64,000 nt of DNA from an uncultured Chthonomonadaceae bacterium (GTDB lineage: Bacteria > Armatimonadota > Chthonomonadetes > Chthonomonadales > Chthonomonadaceae). Location of the stretch: assembly GCA_963817895.1 (NCBI GenBank), contig CAWFQB010000005.1, positions 832,001-896,000 on the forward strand. The letters are read 5' to 3'. The translations under genes and the position numbers were made by a program. Below are positions 47,742 to 57,031 of the stretch, piece after piece; the first letter of the stretch is position 1, and each line of letters opens with the position of its first letter. The notes under the pieces are model-generated. The model searched no databases, had not been told where the DNA came from, and was given only the letters and a program-made list of their open reading frames with translations.

Positions 47742-50334
47742 ATCTGCTTGCCGGCAGTCCTTCCAACATGCGCAACGTTTGCGGAATAGTCAGTTCCGTC
47801 AGGTCGAAGGTAAGGCCGCGCCAGTCCTGAGCGGCGCGCTGTGCCACTCTGCCGACGGCGTAGGCCAGGGCTTGCGGATTGCCGTATGTGCCGCGCAGGT
47901 TGAGCAGGGGTTCGGAAGAGCCGGCGAACGCTTTTTCACGTCCTTCGCTGTCGCCCCAGTACATGGGGTTGATGGGAATTCGTTCCGGCGCGTCCCATTT
48001 GCCGTGCCAGCTGAGGTTCGGATCGGTATAGGAACTGGCGCGGTCATCCAGGTACAGGGGCAGGCCGGGCGCGGATTGATGCAGAGTGGCGTAGATTTGG
48101 GCAAGCGCCTGTTTGTTGCGGGTCAGGCGGAAATCCGTCAGGGGTTTCCAAAGGTCGTTGCCGCGATCCTCAAAAAATGGCAGGGTGGGGGTAAGACTCA
48201 GGTTATTGGAATAGGCCGCCGCGTCAATCGGGTCGAAGCCCTCTTTGCGAATACAGGCAAGGCGGGTTTCCACGTCATAGCCCAGATGCCCATCACGCCA
48301 GATGCCGTCGCCCCCGCCCGGATCACCCGCGCAGCCGGGAGCCGCCGTCGCTTTGAGGGCAAAGGCGCAAAGGCCGGGAACCTGTGACAAGCGGGACAGG
48401 AGGGGCATCACTTGCTTCTCGTCCCAAACCTGCCAGCCGGCCATTTTAACGAGATCGGCCTGAACGTCGGGCTTTCCCGCGCCTCGGCGGGCAGCTAACT
48501 GCGCGCCTGTTTCGCCAAAAACGTTGACATCTTCCTGTCCGGCCAGGCCATTGTTACGCAGCAGGGAAACCGCTACGCCAATGCGCAACCCAACATCTTT
48601 TCCCGCTGTGACCGCAATTTTCAATCGTTCGGGCGCGGCAGCGTCGTTGAGCAGAACGCGCAGCCATGTTTCCGTAAAGCCTTTGCTTTTGGCGGCAACA
48701 AGTAATGCGGCAATGCTTTTGGCGTCCGGGGGAAGGTCTGCAAGCAGAACGCGCTTTTTCAATGTTGCGGGCATGGGCATTGGCGGGGCGGGAACAGGGG
48801 TGGATAGTGGGGCCGCAACCGCGTGAGCCGGGAGAGTGGCTAAATTTTGCAGATAGTGTGAGCCGATGTTTTGCGCAAAGGGGACTTCCAGAGCCGCGCC
48901 GTTGGGAAGCACATACTGCGCGGAAAGCTGCGTTCCAACCCTTACCCTGTCCATGCGGAATTTTGTGCCGTCTGCGGAAAACCCTTCTAAATGAAAGTCG
49001 AGGGACCTGCGCAGGGGTTCCGGCAGGTCGGCGGGATTGATTTCGGTTTCCCGCGAAGCGCGATAAGCGTCGTCCGCGCGCTTGAGCAGATCAGGCGGGA
49101 GAGCGAAGGGATCGCCGGGCGCGAACTTGATGTGAGAAAGCGGGTCGTTTTTCGCGGTTGCGCCTTCCAGTTCCTGCATCGCCTTGTACCGGGCAATGCC
49201 GGCTTCTTCGGCCCACTCGTCCAGATGTTCAAAGCGCGTCCCGATGCCCTGTATGTCATCCGTCAGCAGGAACGTGGACGCGCCCACCTGTCGAAACGCG
49301 CCCGTCACCGACCAGCACAGCGCCTGCAAAATCTCGCCTGCCCTCGCGCTTTGATTGGGCGCAATCCGCGTGACAACGCGCAAATCGGCAAGACGCTTAT
49401 CGCACAGCAGTTCCATTCCCGTCGCCTGCGCCACTCTTTGCAGCAGGTCCTCCAGCGGTTCCTCTTTCTCATTCAGGGCAACCTGCGCCCGCATTTTCGC
49501 CGATTTGAAATTGAGTTGGCTGCGCTTCAAGGCGTTGGGTACGGCGCGGATGATGGGAACGCCCAGCGCGAAAACGTCTGTCTTGCCGCTGTCGTCCGGT
49601 GGCTTATCTGCCCGCGCTCCGCCGCCGATAGGCGACATGGTATGCTCTTCACCCGCGTCCGCCGGACGGGCAGTGGCCCGGTAGCCGTAATCCTTCGCGC
49701 CCTCTCTGGCGAATTGAAACGTCGTCTGGCGAATCAGGCGCAGGCGGGCCATATTGGGATTGAATTCCTGCTTATCGCCCTGATACTCAGCGCGATATTC
49801 GTTTGGTTTGTCGCCGGGAACGAATCTGGCGCGCTGAATAACAAGTTGTTCGGGCAGGAGTTCGGCAAAAAGCGCCTTCTGCTGGTCGTTCAAATCTCCC
49901 GCGCCGATGCCCTGCCCGCTTCCAGCCAGTTCCCACTGTGCCGGATTCAGTAACGCCAGGAGGACTTTGAGACACTCATGCGCTTTCAATCCGGCAAAGG
50001 GATTGGGCTTGCCGGGATGCTCTTCGAGTACGCGCATGGTTGAAGGGACAATTACGGTCAGTCCACCGACAACGACAACGCGCCGCCCAAGCGCTTCCGT
50101 CAGCGCGGACAGCGACGTTTTGCCTTTTGCAGACGTGTAAACAGCCCACACGTCCGACGCTTCAATTAGCAGGAGGGGGCCGCGTTTCGCCGCGTCGTAG
50201 GGTAGGGTGTCGAGCAAACCGGGAGGTTTCGCGGGCGTGGTTTGCGCGGCCTGCGCACGCGCGGGAAGCGTGGACAAGGCGAAGAAGCTGACGGCGCAGC
50301 AAAGGACCGGCGCGACGAAGCAGAAGCGGCGCAT
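47740..50334 (-). CDS. Large secreted hypothetical protein
   Basis: Signal peptide (ARA-Q); 864-aa open frame; STN-like L.DLLQRVAQATG.EL segment. Confidence 0.75.
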   Translation of the reverse strand: MRRFCFVAPVLCCAVSFFALSTLPARAQAAQTTPAKPPGLLDTLPYDAAKRGPLLLIEASDVWAVYTSAKGKTSLSALTEALGRRVVVVGGLTVIVPSTMRVLEEHPGKPNPFAGLKAHECLKVLLALLNPAQWELAGSGQGIGAGDLNDQQKALFAELLPEQLVIQRARFVPGDKPNEYRAEYQGDKQEFNPNMARLRLIRQTTFQFAREGAKDYGYRATARPADAGEEHTMSPIGGGARADKPPDDSGKTDVFALGVPIIRAVPNALKRSQLNFKSAKMRAQVALNEKEEPLEDLLQRVAQATGMELLCDKRLADLRVVTRIAPNQSARAGEILQALCWSVTGAFRQVGASTFLLTDDIQGIGTRFEHLDEWAEEAGIARYKAMQELEGATAKNDPLSHIKFAPGDPFALPPDLLKRADDAYRASRETEINPADLPEPLRRSLDFHLEGFSADGTKFRMDRVRVGTQLSAQYVLPNGAALEVPFAQNIGSHYLQNLATLPAHAVAAPLSTPVPAPPMPMPATLKKRVLLADLPPDAKSIAALLVAAKSKGFTETWLRVLLNDAAAPERLKIAVTAGKDVGLRIGVAVSLLRNNGLAGQEDVNVFGETGAQLAARRGAGKPDVQADLVKMAGWQVWDEKQVMPLLSRLSQVPGLCAFALKATAAPGCAGDPGGGDGIWRDGHLGYDVETRLACIRKEGFDPIDAAAYSNNLSLTPTLPFFEDRGNDLWKPLTDFRLTRNKQALAQIYATLHQSAPGLPLYLDDRASSYTDPNLSWHGKWDAPERIPINPMYWGDSEGREKAFAGSSEPLLNLRGTYGNPQALAYAVGRVAQRAAQDWRGLTFDLTELTIPQTLRMLEGLPASR

Positions 50335-50361
50335 GGCGTTTACTCTCCCATTGCCACCATT

Positions 50362-50946
50362 TTACAGTGGCTTCAGGCGTGAGGCGAGAAGGGCGCGAAC
50401 GGGTTGGTAGAAAGGTTGTTCAAAGTCGGAGGTGTTCAGCGTGAGCAGGTCGCCCTCTATGGCGAGAGGGTCCTGTTCCTCACCGCGCAGCAAAAAGGCT
50501 TTCATCTCCTCCAGATGCTTCAAGCCCTGATGCCCCGGATGCCGATTGGTTTGTTCGCGCCGAATAAAGCGTTCGAGCAGAATGGGGCCGTCCGCTTTCA
50601 GTTGTATCTGCATTACGTGAAAATCAAAGCGCGGTTTCAGTTGCGCAAGCCGGGGCGAAAACAGGCGGCTGTCGAAATTGGCTTCCAGAATCAGGCTTTG
50701 CCGCGCTGCCAGCATGGTTTCGGCCACAAACAGCAGGCTGTCCATGCTGAACCGCCCAAGCAGGCGCGACAGGTCGCGGGGAATGTCGCTCGCGCCGCTT
50801 GTTTCCGTTACGGCATCGTACATGCGCTCCTTGAAGCCGTCTTTGTAGAAAAACGGTAGGCCGAACTCCTGCGCAATCCGGCGTCCAAGCGTGGTTTTGC
50901 CGGTGCAGGGCGGGCCGGTAATTATAACAAGCACGGGCAGGGACAT
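50362..50946 (-). CDS. P-loop kinase (AAA_33-like)
   Basis: LVIITGPPCTGKTTL...KDGFKE...ILEANF...RF..R....RHPGH. Confidence 0.85.
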   Translation of the reverse strand: MSLPVLVIITGPPCTGKTTLGRRIAQEFGLPFFYKDGFKERMYDAVTETSGASDIPRDLSRLLGRFSMDSLLFVAETMLAARQSLILEANFDSRLFSPRLAQLKPRFDFHVMQIQLKADGPILLERFIRREQTNRHPGHQGLKHLEEMKAFLLRGEEQDPLAIEGDLLTLNTSDFEQPFYQPVRALLASRLKPL

Positions 50947-51020
50947 ACGCGCTCCCGTCAGCCAGAAGAAGAGAATTTAGCCGCGAATACACGCGAATGA
51001 ATGCAAATATACATTCCTGG

Positions 51021-51281
51021 TTAGCGTCTCTCTTCAATAATGGTTTTTGAAAGCGGCTTGCCCTGAATGGGTACTGCCGGGGCTTCTGAGAAATTCACCG
51101 GGGGCGTTTTGATCTTTTTGACTATTCCGGCGTCAAGCAATGCCTGATGAACAGCAGCGCGTTTCTGCGCGTCCGTCATGGGTTCAAGCTGCTATTTGAC
51201 CGCCTGATTTACTTGAAGTAACTCGTCCGGTTCGAGCGTCTTGATCTGTTCAAGAATGTGAGTGAGTGTTGCCTGCGCCAT
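51021..51281 (-). pseudogene. Antitoxin-like (VapB-type) gene with in-frame TAG; no toxin adjacent
   Basis: GGGAGG RBS; MAQATLTHILEQIKTLEPDELLQVNQAVK*QLE...LLDAGIVKKIK...IQGKPLSKTIIEERR; TAG at 51192..51194. Confidence 0.65.
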
Positions 51282-51422
51282 ATCAGCCTCCCTGACAAAT
51301 TTCACGGAGAATATTCTCCATAGAACCGTATTTTCCTGCTGCCAACGTCAAATACGGCCTGCTGTAACAGACAGCAGGCCGCAGATGTTAGTTTCAGAAA
51401 CACAGTTGTGTTTTCGCCGTGA

Positions 51423-54026
51423 CTACTTACCTGTGAACTGTTTGAGTTCGGCTTCGGTGAGTTTGTCTTTGCCATCCTTGCCGATTTGTATGGCGTTTTT
51501 GCCCAATCGGACAATCACTTCATCACCAACGGAGGAGTACGCGGCAAGACTGGGAACGGCGCGTAACAGGGCGAAATGCGCGTCGCTGTACGCCTGTATT
51601 TTCAGCAGGCCGTTGGCTTTGGCGTCGTAGGATTGATCCTGCCAGATGTTGCTGGCCTGCCGGTAGAAGGTTCGGTCATGGACGGCCTGTACCACAACCG
51701 CGTTGTTGTCGCCGGAGGATGCGGAGAATACGCCCAAGCTGTTGCCTTGCGACCGCGCCCCTCCGAAGTTGCCTGTTTTGGCTTTGCCGGCGAACACGGC
51801 TTGCGGCAGGTTGACGCTACCTGTACCGATGGAACCGCCTGCGCCCCCGCCTCCCAAACCGCCGGTGCCACCGCCGCCACTCGAAAGCGCGTAGACGCCC
51901 CCGTTCGCCGACTGGTAGCGTGGCGCGACTGTATCAGCGTTTTTGTAGTCTTTGGCCCGCGCGCTCTGATCGGTCACGCCTAATCCGGTTGCGCCGTACT
52001 GTGCCGCGCGACCGGCCACTTCCCGGCGCAAAATCTGGCTGTTCGCTTCGTCCAGTTTGAACAGCGAACCGTCCCTGCCGCGCAGACTGAGGGCGCGTTG
52101 TTCGCGGTCATCCACGAGGAATGAGGTGTACTCCGTGATGATACCGTATTCCCGCGACAGGCGCACAATCTCATCAATCAGTTCTTTGTTCCCCTGCGGG
52201 CTTGTCGCGGCGTTCAGCCGCAGTTGGTCAATTAAAAAGCCGATTTTGCGCTGCGCCCATAAACGCGGCACAAAGCCGTTTTCGCCGCCCGCGCTGCCGA
52301 ACGGCGCGCCCGCTTTGAATGTCTCCTGGCTGTCGTTCGCCATTCCTGCCAGATGGACTGTTCCCGACCTGTCGCCCCGGAACCGCCCCGTAATCACCAA
52401 TTGTGACCCTTTGAACAGGTCGGGCAGTTGTTTGGGAAAAACATCGTACACGTCCCCGCCATCGAACGCCAGTTTCACATTCGACAGCACAGGCGAGGCG
52501 ACTTTGGCGAAGAAGGAGGATACTTTCACTTCCACATCCTCTTCCGGCTTGATAAAATCGCTATCTCCCCGCTCCTGTTCGCCCAATCGGTCCAGAAACG
52601 GCACATTCACGTCGAACCCCAACCCGAAGCAGAAGATTCGCGCCTGCGTATTAACCTCAGCATCCCCCGCCTTCGCTTCTTCTAATTTCGTCTCTTTCAA
52701 CCCCGCCAATCGCGTTTGATGGGAATTGCCTTTTCCCTCTTCCCTCTTCCCTTTTCCCTCACCCGCCTGCGCCAGATGTTTCGCGCCGTTCAGTTCGCGG
52801 GCGTGCTGTAAAATGGTGTTGATGTTGGTTTCGCCCACAGTGGGCAGGCCGTCCGTCAGGAATACCACCATCTTTTGGGTTCCCGCATCGTCCTTGACCA
52901 GTTTCAGGGCGGCGCGGAGAGCCTCATCAATGTTGGTTCCGCCCGACGCTTCGATGTTCTCCACGAACTTGCGGGCGCGGCTGACGTTCGCCTCGCTTGC
53001 CGGTTCCAGCTTGGGCATCAGGATTTCCGCCGACTCGCTGAAGGTAATCACGTCGAAACGATCCTCTTTATGTAGGCTGTTCAGGCAATAGAGGAGGGAT
53101 TTTCGCGCCTGTTCGATCTTCTTGCCCGCCATCGAACCCGTTCTGTCCAGCACGAAAACAACCTGTTTGGGCAGAATTTTTTCTTTGGGAATGGACACGC
53201 GGGGCGAGGCAAGCAGGACAAAATAGCCGTCCCGATCCCCGCTCTTGTACGTCAGCAGGGACATGCCCACATCCTCATTGTTTGTGCTGAAATACAAACT
53301 CAGGTCGCGATCCGAAGCGTCGTTGCTGCCCTCATAAGAAGCGGACGCGCTGTGTTCATCGGTTTTGCGCACCGCAAGCTCGTGCGTGGGCGAATAGATG
53401 TTTTTGATGGGCGATTGCGTGGCGAGTTTGATGCTGACAACCGCTGTTCCCACCGGACGCGCGCCGAAACGGGACGTGGAAAGCGGGTAGGCGTATTTGC
53501 GCAGGCCGTTTTCGGGTTTCAGCACTTCCGTATAGCGCAGGGAGATTTTGCGTTCGCCATGCGCGGGTATGGGATACACGCTGATTTTCACCAGACCGCG
53601 CCCGACGTATTCCAATAGAGCCGGGTCGCGCCGCCGCCGCACAATCTCCTCGTAAATGCCCCGCGCCTCTTCCCGCGTTAAAATTTTGGGTTCCAGCGTC
53701 CGGTCGCCAACGGTCATGCTGAACGCGGTCGGGCTTGCGCCCTCCGGCAGGGGGTACAGATACGTGCCCTCCTGCTCCACGCTGCTGTCGTTGACGAAGG
53801 TTTGCTCCACAACGGTTTCGGCAACCGCGTCGTGAATGGTGGCGTTGACCCGCAAATCCTTCACGTAAAACGGCTGCAACAGGGGTACAGGAACGGGAAT
53901 GGGATGCGTCGGGCGAACGTGGGCTTCAGGAAACAGGATTCCCTGCGCCTGTCCGGGCTGCGCCATGCCTGCCGTCGCCAGCAACGCGGCAGTGGTCCCT
54001 AAAAATGATTGAAAACGACGGTTCAT
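51423..54026 (-). CDS. Secreted VIT + vWA domain protein
   Basis: Signal peptide; VEQTFVN...EGTYLYPLP; VFVLDRTGSM.G.KI; GGTNI..AL; FLTDGLPTVGE; LWAQRKI. Confidence 0.9.
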   Translation of the reverse strand: MNRRFQSFLGTTAALLATAGMAQPGQAQGILFPEAHVRPTHPIPVPVPLLQPFYVKDLRVNATIHDAVAETVVEQTFVNDSSVEQEGTYLYPLPEGASPTAFSMTVGDRTLEPKILTREEARGIYEEIVRRRRDPALLEYVGRGLVKISVYPIPAHGERKISLRYTEVLKPENGLRKYAYPLSTSRFGARPVGTAVVSIKLATQSPIKNIYSPTHELAVRKTDEHSASASYEGSNDASDRDLSLYFSTNNEDVGMSLLTYKSGDRDGYFVLLASPRVSIPKEKILPKQVVFVLDRTGSMAGKKIEQARKSLLYCLNSLHKEDRFDVITFSESAEILMPKLEPASEANVSRARKFVENIEASGGTNIDEALRAALKLVKDDAGTQKMVVFLTDGLPTVGETNINTILQHARELNGAKHLAQAGEGKGKREEGKGNSHQTRLAGLKETKLEEAKAGDAEVNTQARIFCFGLGFDVNVPFLDRLGEQERGDSDFIKPEEDVEVKVSSFFAKVASPVLSNVKLAFDGGDVYDVFPKQLPDLFKGSQLVITGRFRGDRSGTVHLAGMANDSQETFKAGAPFGSAGGENGFVPRLWAQRKIGFLIDQLRLNAATSPQGNKELIDEIVRLSREYGIITEYTSFLVDDREQRALSLRGRDGSLFKLDEANSQILRREVAGRAAQYGATGLGVTDQSARAKDYKNADTVAPRYQSANGGVYALSSGGGGTGGLGGGGAGGSIGTGSVNLPQAVFAGKAKTGNFGGARSQGNSLGVFSASSGDNNAVVVQAVHDRTFYRQASNIWQDQSYDAKANGLLKIQAYSDAHFALLRAVPSLAAYSSVGDEVIVRLGKNAIQIGKDGKDKLTEAELKQFTGK
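52729..52759. repeat. (GGGAAAA/GGGAAGA)4 array in frame within VIT-vWA
   Basis: Encodes EGKGKREEGKG inside a vWA loop insertion. Confidence 0.8.
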
Positions 54027-54198
54027 GGCTTGTTTCTCCTTACGTGATAACCGTGACCCACGCGACGGAATGAATTCTACAAGTGTTGAAAGCCTGTCTG
54101 CTGCAACGGAATGAATTCCTTTGCTATGGGCGCTTCGCGCCAAATGTCCTTCGGACATAACTCTCTTTGCAGAGACTCGCGTGTCCGAAGGACACTTA

Positions 54199-55328
54199 TG
54201 GACAAATCAGTTAAACATGGTACACTGAGGTATGAGCCAACGAACTTTTCACCTCAATGAAGCCGACGCCAACGCATTGAACGCTGCATACCTGCATTGC
54301 AAGGATGCTAACACTAAAAGCCGCTACCAAGCTGTTCGTCTGTATGGCTTGGGCTACTCTGTTGCCGAAATCCAAGACATCTGCGGGTGTAGCCGTACTC
54401 GCCTATTCTGCTGGACACGCGCCTATCAGGAACACGGCCTCACCGCGCTCGTGGATGCCCGACGCGGCGGCAACCGGGCGCGTCTATCGGGCGAACAACT
54501 CGAAGCCTTGCAGAACCAGTTGCATCGCTACACTCCCACTCAGTTGTTGGGCAAGGAGAAATGCCAGGGGGACGGGCAGTTTTGGAGTGTCTCCGATCTT
54601 GTCACCCTCTTAGCCCGTGACTACAACGTTGTATACCAGAGCCGGACGTCCTTGCGCACCCTGCTGCGTACCTGCGAGATGAGCTACCAGCGTCCTGAGA
54701 AACAATATAAGAGCCACAACGCGACCAAGCTCATGGAATTCGAGGAACACCTGGAAAAAAAATCCTCGATGTGGCGTTAAACGCGCCCAAGACGATCTTA
54801 CTCGCGGGCGACGAAGCCAGCGCGTACCTGCAAGCCACCTTGATGCGCGTGTGGGCCAAGAAAGGCCACACGCCGGTTGTGCCCGTAAGTGCCAGTCGGG
54901 ACAACACGCACTTCTACGGAGCACTCAATATGGCAACCGGCAAGGAAACCCTGTTGCGCTCCGCCTTGATGAACAGCGAGGTATCCGCCTTGTTCTTGCA
55001 GAAGTTGCTCGACGCCTACCCGAACTTACCTCTTCTGCTGTTATGGGATCGCGCTCCCTGGCACAAAGGCGAAGCGGTTCGCGCGGTTCTGGAAGCGAAC
55101 CCGCGCTTGGAAGTCCTGTGGTTTCCACCCGGTTGCCCGGAGTTGAACCCGCAGGAACATGTCTGGAAAGCCGCCAGAAAAGCGGTCGGACACAACCATC
55201 AATGTGCGACGCTTGCCGTTTTAGCTGAAGAGTTCGAAACCTACTTGAAGACAGCAGAATTTCCTTGCTCGCTTCTGGAACAGCACAACTTTCCAGTGCT
55301 ATGTACCATGTTTAACTGATTAGTCCAT
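54199..55328 (+). mobile_element. IS630-family insertion sequence
   Basis: TIR TGGAC(A/T)AATCAGTTAAACATGGTACA at both ends; TA on both flanks (54197-98, 55329-30). Confidence 0.92.
54232..55319 (+). CDS. IS630 transposase (HTH orfA + DDE orfB, -1 frameshift at A8 run 54755..54762)
   Basis: orfA winged HTH; orfB GDEAS, WDRAPWH, PELNPQEHVW DDE motifs. Confidence 0.9.
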
Positions 55329-55449
55329 TAGCCTTGGGCTTCACAGCAAAGGAATTCATTCCGTTGTAACGTTGCGGCGTTCAAACAAGCGGGCTTTCAA
55401 CACTTGTAGAATTCATTCCGTCGCGTCCTGCGGCATAGCGCGACTTATA

Positions 55450-55506
55450 AAAACAGAGTAAAGCGGCTATTCCTTATCACATAAGAATGTGAAAGGGAAC
55501 AGCCGC
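55450..55506 (-). terminator. Putative terminator of the MFS gene
   Basis: GCGGCT.TTCC...TCACAT-aaga-ATGTGA...GGAA.AGCCGC stem with T-rich tail on the minus strand. Confidence 0.55.
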
Positions 55507-55566
55507 GAAACGCGCAAACTGTTCGCCGTTTAGACGGCGCAGGTTCGACAAACGTTACATCCCCGT

Positions 55567-56841
55567 CTAACCTGTCGCGCTTGGTATTTCCAGTTCCGCC
55601 GTTCCCACATGCGTTGGCTCGCCATGGGGTTCACGGAAAGTTACCATGTACGCGAAAGCGCAGATCAGGGTTGTGACGGCAGGCAGAATAAACACCGGAA
55701 CCCAATCTGTCGTGCCGTTCGTCGTGAAATGCTGCTGAACCATACCGCTGAAGTAGCTTCCCAACACGTTTCCAATGCCCAGCGTGGTAAACGTCAACAG
55801 ACTCTGCGCACTGCCGCGAACATCTTTAGGCGCAACGCGGTCTACGTAAAGCTGCTGCACCACCAGTACGAAAGCATAGCCAAATCCGTGCAGGCCAAGC
55901 GACAATACCACCAGCACGATAGGCTTGCCGATGGCAAAAATGATGTAACGCAACGGCCACGCGAAACTTCCCACCAGCAGACACCAGCGCATCCCTTTTT
56001 TGGGCAGCAGTAGGGGCAACAGTACGCCCAATGCAACAAGTTCCGTGATCTGGCTGATGCTTTTCACAATCGGGATCAGGTTGTGCGGAATAGCCTTGCT
56101 TTCAAGAAATTGCGCCGACAGGCCGTAGAAGAACATGAACTCCGTTGCGGCAAAAAACGAGATCGCCATGAACACGCCAAACCCCGGCACGGTCTTGAAC
56201 AGCGCGGTCGCTCTGCGGAAAGCAAGCGGGTCTTCGCGCTTCTCCTTTGAGGGCGGCGTATTGGGCAGGAAGAACGAGAACACGCCCATTAAAACGCCGA
56301 AGATGGCAGTCAGTTGCAGTTCGGGAATCGGCCCCGATACCGCTTTGGCGTCCGCATGGCTCAGTTGCAAAAATTCCACAAGGACAAAGGCTGCGGCAAT
56401 CCATCCCAATGTGCCTGCCGTGCGTATCAGCGAAAAGTCGCGTTCACGGCTCGGCTCATCGCCGCCCATTTTTTCGATCTGCTGAAAGGCGACCGAGTTG
56501 GTAATTCCCAGACTGGGCGCGAACAGCACCGCCCAGATAAGCATCCACATCCACAGCCCCTGATCCGTTGTTTGCAGCGACATGATGTAGGCCGCGCCCG
56601 CCGCGAGCAGATGCGAAATGCCCAAAAACACCTGCGACGCCATAAAGCGGTCTACAAGCTGTCCGCCGAGGAAGGGAGAAATAACGCAGCCAAGCCAGAA
56701 CGCGCCGTAAATACCCCCCACATGCGCGGGAGAGACATGGCGGTTAATCAGGGTTGCGCTGAGAATGGGCATCCACGATCCCCATGCCGCATAGTTCAAA
56801 AACATCATGGCGGCCAGAAGCCATTTTGCGCGAGATTGCAT
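55567..56841 (-). CDS. MFS nucleoside:H+ symporter family (NupG-like)
   Basis: MMFLNYAAWGSW.P...SPF.GG..VDRF...IR..GT.GWI...LP.TPP...SQI.E...LHG. Confidence 0.88.
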   Translation of the reverse strand: MQSRAKWLLAAMMFLNYAAWGSWMPILSATLINRHVSPAHVGGIYGAFWLGCVISPFLGGQLVDRFMASQVFLGISHLLAAGAAYIMSLQTTDQGLWMWMLIWAVLFAPSLGITNSVAFQQIEKMGGDEPSRERDFSLIRTAGTLGWIAAAFVLVEFLQLSHADAKAVSGPIPELQLTAIFGVLMGVFSFFLPNTPPSKEKREDPLAFRRATALFKTVPGFGVFMAISFFAATEFMFFYGLSAQFLESKAIPHNLIPIVKSISQITELVALGVLLPLLLPKKGMRWCLLVGSFAWPLRYIIFAIGKPIVLVVLSLGLHGFGYAFVLVVQQLYVDRVAPKDVRGSAQSLLTFTTLGIGNVLGSYFSGMVQQHFTTNGTTDWVPVFILPAVTTLICAFAYMVTFREPHGEPTHVGTAELEIPSATG

Positions 56842-57031
56842 GACAACACTCCTTACGACCCGCGCGAAAGACAATTGGCTTGAACGCAGTCGGAAATCGG
56901 CAGGAAGACACAACGGGAACGTTCAAGCGGCGCGGGTGTTTCACGCTGATTCTACACTGCCCTGCCATGTTCCTGCGCGAACTTTCTCCTTTTTGTCAGG
57001 CGCATCCCGCCCGCGCAAGGTATAATCAGAT

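Larger units (their letters stand above)
54061..55425. repeat. REPIN-like long palindrome (34-bp outer IR) interrupted by IS630
   Basis: CGCGACGGAATGAATTCTACAAGTGTTGAAAGCC at 54061 and its reverse complement ending at 55425; inner TGTCCTTCGGACA / TGTCCGAAGGACA. Confidence 0.85.

Noticed and set aside
10244..51194. Stop-codon reassignment suggested by in-frame TAA (rplN) and TAG (41645, 51192)
   Set aside because: TAA and TAG end many conserved genes here at their expected positions, and the interrupted sites imply different amino acids.
54755..54762. IS630 split as a sequencing error or pseudogene
   Set aside because: An A8 slippery run at the orfA/orfB junction with a -1 shift is typical programmed frameshifting in IS630.
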